Shown piece by piece: positions 20,101-29,308 of a stretch of 64,000 bases of DNA. The stretch's first letter is position 1. Each line of letters opens with the position of its first letter. Location of the stretch: positions 1-64,000 of IMG/VR virus record IMGVR_UViG_3300032291_002681. One strand, 5' to 3'. The notes under the pieces were generated by a model that was not told the DNA's origin, made no database searches, and was given only the letters and a program-made list of their open reading frames with translations. A program made the position numbers and the translations under genes. This DNA comes from a virus.

Positions 20101-23100
20101 TCAATTCAGATTTATTGGATGGACAAGAAGGCACTTACTATGACCAAAGACAATATACAAGAGCAGATAACTATTTAGGTGGATATTATGTAAGTGGTGG
20201 TAGTGAAAAACCAAACAACTCTATATTTGGAGCTGGTAAATTAAAGGTAGCAATGCTTGCCGGTTCTAATCTTGGATTTGGTGGAAGTTGGAACGATGTT
20301 TTATGGATGTCAACTTATAATGGTGGTGATGTAAAACAAAGCTGGGCAATCGTTGGAGATAAATACTCTGATAATGTTTATATAGCTAGACAAGCATACG
20401 ATTCTGCAACTTGGGGTACTGGTTATAAATTATGGCATACTGGAAACGATGGAGCTGGTACTGGATTAGATGCGGATTTATGGGATGGTTATCAATTTTC
20501 AGACTATCTAAATCAAGCAGTTCGTACAACCGATTCTCCAACATTTGCTTCAATAAATACTGGACCTGGATTTACGGAAGTTCATCTAATGAATCAAAAT
20601 ATCCGTACATCTGATAGTGTATCATTTACAGGATTAAATATTACAGGTGGTGGCGTAGCTCAATTCTATACATCAGCTGGTAGTTTACGAGGATATATTC
20701 AAGCAACCGATACTGATGATAACCATTTAATTATAGCAACTTCAGGTGGTGAAGATATTGTATTCAGAGATGGTGGTTTAGCGGGAGACCGTAATATGGT
20801 TATTAGAGGAAATGCTACTGTGGAAGCATACGGTGATTTTAGAGCACCAATATTCTATGATTCTGCAAATACTGCATATCAATTAGACCTTAATGATTAT
20901 TCAAGATTCAATAGATTAGTATTAGACCAATCCCGAATCAATACCAGCAGATATCCAGTAGGACATTACACACCTGGTGAAACTGTATTTGAATTTGATA
21001 CTGCTTGGACAAATGACCAATTGCAAGCTTACTTTAACAATGGTAATGTAACTTGGGTAAATGATTCAACTTCACCTGGAGGATATGCAATTCAAATAGT
21101 TGGTAATGTGAATGTTGGTGGAGAATATGGTAGTGGATTTCCATATATTCCGGTTGACCAGGATGATATATTCTACATGGAATGTTGGATTAGGAGTACA
21201 GCTGGTTCAAATGGACACTATATGGGTTCTATTGATTATAATAGTGGATTTAGTTCATTAGGTGGTAATCCTGGTTCGTTTGGGTATTGGACAATGAGTA
21301 ATACTTTTCCAGGAGCTTCTTGGACAAAGGTAAGCGGATATATTAGTGGATTTGGAAACTCGGTAGGTCAATTTAGACCAGGAACTAAATTTTGGACTCC
21401 ACAAGCATTATTTAATTATACTGGTGGTGGAACTTCTTATATTAGTGGTTGGAAAGTAATCAAAGTATCCTATTCAGGAAATAGAACATTTAGAGGTTCA
21501 ATAACTGCAAACATTTATTACGGTACTAATACTAATTATTATGTAGACCCGGATGGAACATCTCTAATGGGTGGTTTAACATTGGAAAGTAATGTTGCAA
21601 CTGGTAGAGCATCTTATGGTTCATCAACGGCAAACCTTGTTTTATTGGCAAGTAGTACATACGGTAGAGCAACTATTGATTTTAGAAGTGGTGTAAACTA
21701 TCCATCGGATGGTGCACAAATTTATTATGAAACTGCAACAAATGGTGTAAGTGGTGAAACTTCTAGATTAGTTATCAGAACTGAAAACGATGCGGATGAT
21801 ACAATCCTTATTAGAGGTGGTTTTGTGGAGGTAAACAGCACTACGGTAGATGGTGGAAGTACAAACCCTGGATTTAGAGTATTATACAATGGTAACGCTA
21901 GAATGTACACTTATAGTGATAATACAACGGAATTTGGTTCATTTAGAGCACCAATATTCTATGATTCTAATGATACCGGATATAGATTTCATGGAGATGG
22001 TTTATCTGTTTTAAACGAATTAACTACGTTTGGTTCGATTGATATGAGAAACAACTATAATACGGGTCAAAATTTAAAACTCAATTTAAATGATGCATCG
22101 GCGTATGGTTTAGTTGATTTCCAACAAAATGGTTCACATAAAGGATTCTTTGGGTTAGGTGGTTCATCTCAGTCATTTGGTTCTTATGCAGCTTATGCAG
22201 CCGATGGATTTAGTTGGAATCACGATGGAAGTGGTAGAACAATTATATCATCAAGAACTGCTAGAAGAATCGATTTAAATACCGGTACAGAAGGTAATTC
22301 CAATTTCACAACATTAAGAATGACAAACCAGGATGTTTTTATAACTCCTGATTCCAATACGGGTAATTTCCGTTCACCACTTTTTTATATTCAAAACGAT
22401 ACAACTTACTTATGGAATAGTGATAGAATAGTAGTAAATCAAGTAACATTCCCTTATAGAGAGTGGGATTTTGGTTGGAACGCTCATGGAAATGGAAGTG
22501 GTACACAACCATTATCATTTAGAATGTGGGATAACTATACCCAACCTGGAGCACCATCTTCTTATGGTACGTTGATAGAATATTATGGATTAGTAGGACA
22601 CCAACATGACCAAATGTATTTTAATCAGGGTGAAATAAGACATAGATATGCTTGGTATGGTACTACTGCATGGCAAAGTGGTTGGAGAATTCTTTTACAT
22701 ACTGGAAACTATTCATCTTACGCAATTCCTGTTTCTGGCGGTATAAATATGACCGGTTCTTATGGATTGAATGACCAGAGATTATATTTGAGAACTAATG
22801 GAGATACTAATCACTACATTTGGAATGCAGATGATGATTGGGAAGAATTGGTATTTTATACAGGTACTGGATTTAGAGTAAGAAGTAGTACTGGACAAGT
22901 TCCTGCAACGTTTACAAATGCTGGTATAAACGCATCAAACGTAACGATTGGTGGAGCACAGGTTTGGTACAATAGTGGTAGTTGGTTAGGTGACTTGGCA
23001 TCTTATGGATTTACTAGAGCTTGGGGACTACAAATGAGTGGTGGTGCCGAATTCGTAGTTTTATATAGAGGTGGGCAAGGATATACATTAGTCGATGGTT

Positions 23101-25319
23101 CTTATTACGCTTACGAAGCGGGTGGATTCTATTCATCAAACAACTCAGCAGGAAATACGTTATTAGGATTTAATGCAGATAGTACTTCTTCTGTTAGATT
23201 TAATTCGGCAGTTAGAATTGGTGTTAATAATAACCTTTATTTAGATTACAACTACGGACAATCCGTTGTAGGTGTTTACACATCTACTAGATATCAGGGT
23301 GTATTCTCAATGGGTGATTCATATAAATTACCCATTGATGGTACTAGTGGCGGTAGCTTATATGGTTTAGCTTGGTCACATCCAAACGCTGGAGGACAAG
23401 CATCATTAGGTTTAAATGACCACGGATTGTTGGTAATGAACTATGGTACTACATTTGCAGGAATTTCTTCTAGAATTTGGGCAAGAGACCAAATGAACGC
23501 ACCAATTTACTATGATAGAAATACTGCATTTTATGTGGATGGTGATTCAAACTCAAGATTAAATCACGGAAGATTTGTTGGTTCATCTGGATATTATTCA
23601 TTATTATTAGGTCCTGACACATTAGCAACAAACGGCTCAACCTCAATATATCCCGATGGTGATAGATATGGGTTAGTATTGAACGCACCGTATTATCCAC
23701 ATTTGTATATAAACTCATACGCTGATAATGGTAACACGACACATGGTGGGGTTTTATCATTTATCGGTAATCTTACTTCTGGTGGTTATCGTAAATTCGT
23801 AATGGGTATTGCAAACCGAAATCCAAATGAATTGAGTTTTGGATGGTTTGATAATAACTATAACCCACATTATGGAGTAGGTATTAACTGGTCATACCCT
23901 GCATCCGTTTGGTATGATACCGGACATAACTGGTATGCTAGAGGTTCAATGAGAGCACCAATATTCTATGACCAAGATAATACTGGATACTATGTAAACC
24001 CTAATGGATATAGTGAGTTCGGCACATCAGGGCACGTAATGACAATTACTAAACTTGGAACCGGGCCTAATAGTAGAGCACTGCAAGTAGCAAACAATCA
24101 GGGTGATAACTCTTGGGGTATTGTATCTGAATTTAGAGTAAATGGTGGACCTGGTGGTGATAGACCATCGATTATGTTCTCCAGTGGATTTGATAATAAT
24201 ACTTGGTCTTGTGGATTTGGTTATGCGGATTCTGGATTATTTAGAATTAACTATGACCACGGACATAGAAACCAAAGTTGGGGTACAACTTCGTTTTATA
24301 TTGATAGAGGTGGTAACTCTTACTCAAATGGTAGTTCTAGAGCACCAATATTCTATGACCAAAATGATACGTCTTGGTACGCTGACCCTAATAGTAACTC
24401 AAACTTACAATTTATTGAGTGTAGGAGATATGGTTTCCGTTATCCTGGTGGTGATTCTGGTGTAGGTGCGGAAGCATATAACTTATTCCAAGAAGCTGGT
24501 GGATGGGGTTATCCTTATCCGGATTTAAGAATTGCATATCATACTGGTATTAAATTAGGAGCAAATGCATCGTATGAAGGAACTCGTATATATGATGATT
24601 ACCCGATGGGTACTTTGAGATACCAATTTAATGGTGGAGCTGGATATCAATATCAATATACTTGGACTCAACTTACTGGTCATCATGGTATATATTCTGG
24701 AATAAATGGTGCACACTGGTATCCAAACAACTCAACTTATGGAGCTTGGAGGGCAGATGGTACTAGAAATGGATATGGTGGTATATTAATTGATGTAGGA
24801 AACACACCAGTTCTTATGTTTGATGGCGGTGGTAATGGTGGTATATATTATCAGTCTGGTAGATGGATGTTCTATCACTATTTCCCTTACAACTGCGTGG
24901 GTGTAAACACTTCATCAACATCTCCTTCTTATGGTATGTATGTTAGTAGAGGTATCTACGCTACTGAAAACATTGTAGCATATTCCGATAGACGTGCAAA
25001 AGAAAATATTATAACAATTGATTCTGCATTAGATAAACTACTTCAAATGAGAGGTGTTTACTATAATAGAATTGATGATGAAACTAAAAAGAGACAAATC
25101 GGAGTAATTGCACAGGAAGTTAATGAAATTATTCCTGAAGCTGTAACGTATTGTGATGTTAATGATGAATATGGAGTTGCGTATGGCAACTTAGCAGGTT
25201 TATTTATTGAATCTATTAAAGACCAACAATTGATTATTGATAAGCAAGCTGAAGAAATAAGTTTATTAAAAGAAGAATTACAAAAAATTAAAGATTTTAT
25301 ATTTAATAATAAAGGATAA
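17199..25319 (+). CDS. Giant tail fibre (2706 aa) with Gly-X-Y tract, RAPIFYD modules and a C-terminal intramolecular chaperone (peptidase S74-like)
   Basis: C-terminal YSDRRAKENI...LRGVYY-like (MRGVYY)...IGVIAQEV...VAYGNLAGLFIESIK followed by a coiled coil; ~570 aa GTS tract; repeated RAPIFYD motif. Confidence 0.85.
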   Translation: MEYLGGNPNGLNQLSSSLVALFVSGSRIANFTSESVNVVGNFTASGIQTNLIVGQTNSPISIRGNAEISGSLAVSSSITASLFRGDGSGLFNLSAGALGDLNQIKSGSATATISPNRGLIINTGVTIDRFLIVTGSGIFKGDVTVAGKITSTELHTTFISSSIIYASGSNKFGDASNDKQEITGSLSVSGSMFVTGDTIPTDNTTNEVLVLNTTTGRISRRFAAATSGTSGTSGTSGTSGTSGTSGTRGTSGTSGTSGTSGTSGTSGSGGTSGTSGTSGTSGTSGTSGTSGTSGTSGTSGTSGTSGTRGTSGTSGTSGTSGTSGTSGSSGTSGTSGTSGTSGQSGTSGSSGTSGTSGTSGTSGQTGTSGTSGTSGTSGTSGSSGTSGSSGTSGVSGSSGTSGVSGSSGTSGISGTSGTSGTSGLSGTNGTSGTSGISGSNGTSGTSGTSGTSGTSGLTGAGGGSGTAGSGGTSGTSGTSGTSGTSGSSGTSGVSGSGGTAGTSGTSGTRGTSGTSGISGSSGTSGTSGTSGTSGASGSAGSSGTSGTSGTSGTRGTSGTSGTSGAQGSSGSAGTSGTSGTSGISGTSGTSGTSGTSGTSGTRGTSGTSGINGTSGTSGTSGVSGSSGTSGTSGTSGTSGTSGTSGTSGTSGTSGTSGSSGTSGTSGTSGTSGTSGVSGSSGTSGTSGTSGTSGTSGTSGSSGTSGSSGTSGVSGSSGTSGTSGTSGTSGTSGTSGTSGTRGTSGTSGTSGTSGTSGSSGTSGTSGSSGTRGTSGTSGTSGTSGTSGTSGSSGSSGLLSLTGTTDNGVITLNGTAPNATVEANLRFDGSTLTVTGDATISGNLTVSGTTTTINTETILLADNIITLNSNFTTGAPTENAGIEVRRGSSSNVSFYWDESTDRWTADNTLSVAGNVVLSGTIDTGIGATEVYLMNQNVRTSDNVSFNRITSTVATGTSPLVVSSTTLVSSLNSDLLDGQEGTYYDQRQYTRADNYLGGYYVSGGSEKPNNSIFGAGKLKVAMLAGSNLGFGGSWNDVLWMSTYNGGDVKQSWAIVGDKYSDNVYIARQAYDSATWGTGYKLWHTGNDGAGTGLDADLWDGYQFSDYLNQAVRTTDSPTFASINTGPGFTEVHLMNQNIRTSDSVSFTGLNITGGGVAQFYTSAGSLRGYIQATDTDDNHLIIATSGGEDIVFRDGGLAGDRNMVIRGNATVEAYGDFRAPIFYDSANTAYQLDLNDYSRFNRLVLDQSRINTSRYPVGHYTPGETVFEFDTAWTNDQLQAYFNNGNVTWVNDSTSPGGYAIQIVGNVNVGGEYGSGFPYIPVDQDDIFYMECWIRSTAGSNGHYMGSIDYNSGFSSLGGNPGSFGYWTMSNTFPGASWTKVSGYISGFGNSVGQFRPGTKFWTPQALFNYTGGGTSYISGWKVIKVSYSGNRTFRGSITANIYYGTNTNYYVDPDGTSLMGGLTLESNVATGRASYGSSTANLVLLASSTYGRATIDFRSGVNYPSDGAQIYYETATNGVSGETSRLVIRTENDADDTILIRGGFVEVNSTTVDGGSTNPGFRVLYNGNARMYTYSDNTTEFGSFRAPIFYDSNDTGYRFHGDGLSVLNELTTFGSIDMRNNYNTGQNLKLNLNDASAYGLVDFQQNGSHKGFFGLGGSSQSFGSYAAYAADGFSWNHDGSGRTIISSRTARRIDLNTGTEGNSNFTTLRMTNQDVFITPDSNTGNFRSPLFYIQNDTTYLWNSDRIVVNQVTFPYREWDFGWNAHGNGSGTQPLSFRMWDNYTQPGAPSSYGTLIEYYGLVGHQHDQMYFNQGEIRHRYAWYGTTAWQSGWRILLHTGNYSSYAIPVSGGINMTGSYGLNDQRLYLRTNGDTNHYIWNADDDWEELVFYTGTGFRVRSSTGQVPATFTNAGINASNVTIGGAQVWYNSGSWLGDLASYGFTRAWGLQMSGGAEFVVLYRGGQGYTLVDGSYYAYEAGGFYSSNNSAGNTLLGFNADSTSSVRFNSAVRIGVNNNLYLDYNYGQSVVGVYTSTRYQGVFSMGDSYKLPIDGTSGGSLYGLAWSHPNAGGQASLGLNDHGLLVMNYGTTFAGISSRIWARDQMNAPIYYDRNTAFYVDGDSNSRLNHGRFVGSSGYYSLLLGPDTLATNGSTSIYPDGDRYGLVLNAPYYPHLYINSYADNGNTTHGGVLSFIGNLTSGGYRKFVMGIANRNPNELSFGWFDNNYNPHYGVGINWSYPASVWYDTGHNWYARGSMRAPIFYDQDNTGYYVNPNGYSEFGTSGHVMTITKLGTGPNSRALQVANNQGDNSWGIVSEFRVNGGPGGDRPSIMFSSGFDNNTWSCGFGYADSGLFRINYDHGHRNQSWGTTSFYIDRGGNSYSNGSSRAPIFYDQNDTSWYADPNSNSNLQFIECRRYGFRYPGGDSGVGAEAYNLFQEAGGWGYPYPDLRIAYHTGIKLGANASYEGTRIYDDYPMGTLRYQFNGGAGYQYQYTWTQLTGHHGIYSGINGAHWYPNNSTYGAWRADGTRNGYGGILIDVGNTPVLMFDGGGNGGIYYQSGRWMFYHYFPYNCVGVNTSSTSPSYGMYVSRGIYATENIVAYSDRRAKENIITIDSALDKLLQMRGVYYNRIDDETKKRQIGVIAQEVNEIIPEAVTYCDVNDEYGVAYGNLAGLFIESIKDQQLIIDKQAEEISLLKEELQKIKDFIFNNKG
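17880..19583 (+). repeat. Collagen-like Gly-Thr-Ser tract 2
   Basis: About 570 codons of apparently uninterrupted Gly-X-Y with no Pro. Confidence 0.95.
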
Positions 25320-25322
25320 ATT

Positions 25323-25754
25323 ATGGCACTTATAAGAGATTACGAATTACCAGGAACCGGATTAACTGTACCGAATGCGTATCATGTGGTTACAACCGTA
25401 AAAATTGATAAACGAGCAGCAGATATACCTGCACCGTATGACCCAACTAGACCAAATTTAGTAACGTTTGGGGCAAATCAAATAGGAAAAGAAGTTTATT
25501 GGAAAGCTGGATATGTTGCTGAAATAGCAGTTACGGTTTGGAAAGATAAAGCTGCTAGAGAATCTGATAGTAGACCAATAGGATTTGTAGGAACTAATCC
25601 GGCGGATAATCCACATGGTGTAAGTATTGGTACAGCTGGTATGGACCATCATTGTCGCTTCTTTTTGGAAGTACCATCGGAATATAGTGATTTACAACAA
25701 GCATATAGACATCTTTTAACTACTGACTATTATAGTGGTTCGTTGGAAGATTAA
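25323..25754 (+). CDS. Hypothetical protein, tail-fibre associated
   Basis: Clean 143 aa ORF starting 3 nt after fibre 2. Confidence 0.55.
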   Translation: MALIRDYELPGTGLTVPNAYHVVTTVKIDKRAADIPAPYDPTRPNLVTFGANQIGKEVYWKAGYVAEIAVTVWKDKAARESDSRPIGFVGTNPADNPHGVSIGTAGMDHHCRFFLEVPSEYSDLQQAYRHLLTTDYYSGSLED

Positions 25755-25793
25755 AATAAAAAAAAATAATATTTATTACTAAATAAACAAATT

Positions 25794-26195
25794 ATGGGAT
25801 TAACATACGAATGGAAATTAACAGGTCTTAAAAAACAAAATACATCAACTTTAACTGATGTTATAGTTGGTACACAGTGGAAAGTTACTGGTACTGATGA
25901 AGATGGAAATCAAGGTACATTCACCGGAGCAACTCCATTTTCACATCAAGATTTAAATGGTGATGGATTTGTTGATTATAGAGATTTAACCGAAGAATTG
26001 GTAATAGGATGGATTACAAATTATGTAAGTGGCTCTAATATTAGTACAAATTATATGAATCATATTGACCAACAAATACAAAAACAAATAGATAGTGTTA
26101 AATTTGTATCATTAGATGTAAGTGAAATGGATTTACCGTGGTCACCAACATCTGGTAGTGCAACATTACCGGCCGCTGATAGAGCACCTGTTTAA
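25794..26195 (+). CDS. Hypothetical protein, tail-fibre associated (possible chaperone)
   Basis: TYEWKLTGL...FVDYRDLTEELVIGWI...LPW pattern, which I associate with small genes after phage fibres; upstream TATTTATT. Confidence 0.55.
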   Translation: MGLTYEWKLTGLKKQNTSTLTDVIVGTQWKVTGTDEDGNQGTFTGATPFSHQDLNGDGFVDYRDLTEELVIGWITNYVSGSNISTNYMNHIDQQIQKQIDSVKFVSLDVSEMDLPWSPTSGSATLPAADRAPV

Positions 26196-26216
26196 AAATA
26201 TAAAATTTTTATTGTT

Positions 26217-26268
26217 AAATATCCAAAGTGCAGATTTATAAACAAATTTGTGTTTTGGATATTTTCTT
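26217..26268 (+). terminator. 21-bp hairpin with T-rich tail (terminator or processing stem)
   Basis: AAATATCCAAAGTGCAGATTT (26217-26237) pairs fully with AAATTTGTGTTTTGGATATTT (26244-26264) using 4 G-U pairs. Confidence 0.6.
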
Positions 26269-26331
26269 TATATTTATATCTGTATTTCATACTAGCAAAT
26301 ACAAACCTAAAATACAAATTGAAGAAATAAA

Positions 26332-28647
26332 ATGGCAGAAAGAATCGTATCACCTGGCGTATTCACAAGAGAAAATGACCTATCCTTCTTAGCGCAAGGA
26401 ATTGGTGAAATTGGAGCAGCATTTATAGGACCTTTTAAACAAGGACCTGCATTCGTTCCTACTATTGTTAGAACGCAATCAGAGTTTGAAGAAATCTTCG
26501 GAACTCCTGATGGAACTTATTATACTGAACACGCAGTACAAAACTATTTAAGAGAAGCTGGAACTGCTACCATCGTAAGAGTTGGTGGTATTGGTGGTTA
26601 CACCCAAGTTGCACCTTTAGGTATTTTTGCATCTGGTTCATCCGCTTCAATCGGAACTAAACTTGTTGGAGTATTATACTCAACCGCTAATGGTGATGAG
26701 GGTGTTGGATTTGCAACATCATCGATAGTTAGTAACGATGCAACCGATGGTTCATTTGTAATCAACAATTTGACGGTTGCTACAAACGTATCGGCATCAA
26801 TCTTACCAACAGCTACTAATGATTTAGCAGATGTATTTGGTGAATCTCCATTTGGAGCTAAAGTTGCTTATACATACACTTACTTTGAAAACATTGCAGC
26901 TTTATATACTGGTTCTCTTGGAAATAATATTGTAGTATCTACTGACCCACTACCAAATCAAGTTTATGGTGATGTTAAAACGGCAGAAACTCCTTTTGTT
27001 AAATCTCAATTAATTAGTGGTGAAAGATATGACCTTTTTAAATTTGTAACTTTAGGACATGGTACAACATATAATACTAAATTTAAAGTTGGTATTTCAA
27101 ACGTAAAAGCAGCTGGTGAAGATGGTTCAACTGATTACTCTACATTTACTGTAACAATTCGTTCATTTGGTGATACTGATAAGAGAAAGAGTGTTATTGA
27201 AACATTTAATAATGTAAACTTAGACCCTGCTTCTCCTAACTATATCGCTAAGAGAATTGGTGATAGATACAATGAAATTGAATCTTCTGGTAAAATAACA
27301 GAATATGGTGATTATGCAAATAGGTCAAAATTTGTAAGAGTTGAAATGGCTGAAAATAGTGTTGGAAATCCAATTTCAGCAGCACCATTTGGACATGGAG
27401 CATATACAAACCCAATTAGAGCAACAAATGATTCAGAAGCACAACAAATACCAGCAGTAGTATATCAAACTGGTTCAATAGCTAACACATCATCATCTCC
27501 AATCTATTTTAGTGGATTTGATTTTGAAACAGCTGGTGTAGCAGATGATAATAAACAATATTTAAAACCAATTCCTGAAAGTGCACAAATTGGAGCAAAC
27601 GTAACATTTGCGTTTGATTCTCAATTAGCATTTCAAATGACTGGTTCAACTTCATCTGATATGGTTAAAAGACAATTCGTTCTTGCATTCCAAGAAGGAT
27701 TTGATGGTTTAAATCCAACGATAAAGGCTAACATAAGCACACCAATAACAGCAGCAAACACACAAGGATTTAATTGTGCTACTGCAGCTTCTAATGGTTC
27801 AATCGCATATACAAAAGCAATCAACGCTATTTCAAATGCAGATGAATATGATATTAACTTAGTTGTAACTCCTGGTATTATTCGTTCTGAACACCCAACT
27901 ATTACTAATAGAGTAATTGATATGGTTGAAGATAGACAAGATTGTTTCTATATCGCTGATTTTGTGAATGTAGGTGCATCTATAACCGAAGCAACTGAAA
28001 AAGCAAACGAAGTAGATTCTAACTATGTAGCAACTTACTACCCTTGGATTAAGACGGTAGATGCTAACACAAATAAATTAATACCCGTTCCACCATCAGT
28101 ATTGATGCCGGCTGTATTCGCTGCAAACGATAGATTGGCAGCAGAATGGTTCGCACCTGCTGGTTTGAATAGAGGTGGTATTATTGGAGCAGTTAGTGTA
28201 TTGAATAGATTAACACACTCTGAAAGAGATACATTATATGAGAACAAAGTAAATCCAATCGCAGCATTCCCTGGACAAGGTATTGTGGCATTTGGACAGA
28301 AGACATTGCAAGATAGAGCATCTGCATTAGATAGAATCAACGTAAGAAGATTACTTATCACTGTTAAGAAGTTCATCGCATCTACTTCTCGTTTCTTAGT
28401 GTTCGAACAAAACACAGCAACAACTAGAGCACGATTCTTAAACACTGTAAACCCTTATTTAGAGGCAATCCAACAAAGACAAGGTTTATACGCATTCAGA
28501 GTTGTGATGGATGAAACTAACAATACACCTGATGTAATTGATAGAAATATTATGGCTGGACAAATTTTCTTACAACCGGCTAAGACAGCGGAATTCATCG
28601 TAGTGGATTTCAATATCTTACCAACTGGAGCAAGTTTTAACGCATAA
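26332..28647 (+). CDS. Tail sheath protein (T4 gp18-like)
   Basis: N-terminal SPGVFTRENDLS; C-terminal YYPW...PPS...WFAPAGLNRG...LYENKVNPI...GQKTLQ...LDRINVRRLL...FEQN...PAKTAEFI. Confidence 0.95.
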   Translation: MAERIVSPGVFTRENDLSFLAQGIGEIGAAFIGPFKQGPAFVPTIVRTQSEFEEIFGTPDGTYYTEHAVQNYLREAGTATIVRVGGIGGYTQVAPLGIFASGSSASIGTKLVGVLYSTANGDEGVGFATSSIVSNDATDGSFVINNLTVATNVSASILPTATNDLADVFGESPFGAKVAYTYTYFENIAALYTGSLGNNIVVSTDPLPNQVYGDVKTAETPFVKSQLISGERYDLFKFVTLGHGTTYNTKFKVGISNVKAAGEDGSTDYSTFTVTIRSFGDTDKRKSVIETFNNVNLDPASPNYIAKRIGDRYNEIESSGKITEYGDYANRSKFVRVEMAENSVGNPISAAPFGHGAYTNPIRATNDSEAQQIPAVVYQTGSIANTSSSPIYFSGFDFETAGVADDNKQYLKPIPESAQIGANVTFAFDSQLAFQMTGSTSSDMVKRQFVLAFQEGFDGLNPTIKANISTPITAANTQGFNCATAASNGSIAYTKAINAISNADEYDINLVVTPGIIRSEHPTITNRVIDMVEDRQDCFYIADFVNVGASITEATEKANEVDSNYVATYYPWIKTVDANTNKLIPVPPSVLMPAVFAANDRLAAEWFAPAGLNRGGIIGAVSVLNRLTHSERDTLYENKVNPIAAFPGQGIVAFGQKTLQDRASALDRINVRRLLITVKKFIASTSRFLVFEQNTATTRARFLNTVNPYLEAIQQRQGLYAFRVVMDETNNTPDVIDRNIMAGQIFLQPAKTAEFIVVDFNILPTGASFNA

Positions 28648-28699
28648 TACAAAAAACAACAAAGTAGATATTTATTAATATAATAAAAAGGATAATAAA

Positions 28700-29188
28700 A
28701 TGGCAGAAATACTAGAGTTTGATAAGATGTTCTATACGAACTTCGAACCTAAGATGAAAAATAGATATGTGATGGAAATCGATGGAATTCCTTCATATAT
28801 GGTTAAAGCGGCAGCTAGACCTTCAATTAACTTTGAACCAATTGTGTTAGACCACATCAACATTAAAAGAAAGTTACAAGGTAAGGGTGAGTGGCAGGAT
28901 ATAACTGTAACATTGTATGACCCAATTGTTCCATCTGGAGCACAAGCGGTAATGGAATGGGTACGTTTAGGACACGAATCAATTACCGGTAGACGTGGAT
29001 ACGCAGATTTCTATAAAAAAGATATAGATTTCTATATGTTAGGACCTGTTGGAGATAAAATTGAACAATGGAAACTAAAAGGAGCATTTATTGTAAGTGC
29101 AAACTTTGGTGATGTTTCATTCGATTCAAACGAACCAGCAACTATTGAATTATCTTTGGCTTACGATTACGCAATCTTAGAATTCTAA
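28700..29188 (+). CDS. Tail tube protein (T4 gp19-like)
   Basis: Follows the sheath; EPKMKNRY...WQDITVTLYDPI...EQWKLKGAF...FGDVSFDSNEPATIELSLAYDYA. Confidence 0.9.
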   Translation: MAEILEFDKMFYTNFEPKMKNRYVMEIDGIPSYMVKAAARPSINFEPIVLDHINIKRKLQGKGEWQDITVTLYDPIVPSGAQAVMEWVRLGHESITGRRGYADFYKKDIDFYMLGPVGDKIEQWKLKGAFIVSANFGDVSFDSNEPATIELSLAYDYAILEF

Positions 29189-29219
29189 AAAATATTCCTT
29201 ACGGAAGCTACCGAAGGAC

Positions 29220-29250
29220 AACCCTCATCAGAAATGGTGGGGGTTTTTTT
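29220..29250 (+). terminator. Rho-independent terminator after the tail tube gene
   Basis: ACCCTCATCA-GAAA-TGGTGGGGGT followed by a T run; a second small hairpin lies just upstream (about 29196-29218). Confidence 0.85.
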
Positions 29251-29308
29251 ATTTTCAAAAATTTTAATTTAATGTATTTATATATACAAACTAAAAAAGT
29301 ATAAAGTT

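Noticed and set aside
15162-25319. Diversity-generating retroelement or invertase shufflon acting on the fibres
   Set aside because: No reverse transcriptase, adenine-variant template repeat, site-specific recombinase or inverted cassettes were seen in the window; the 20-nt repeats are all direct.
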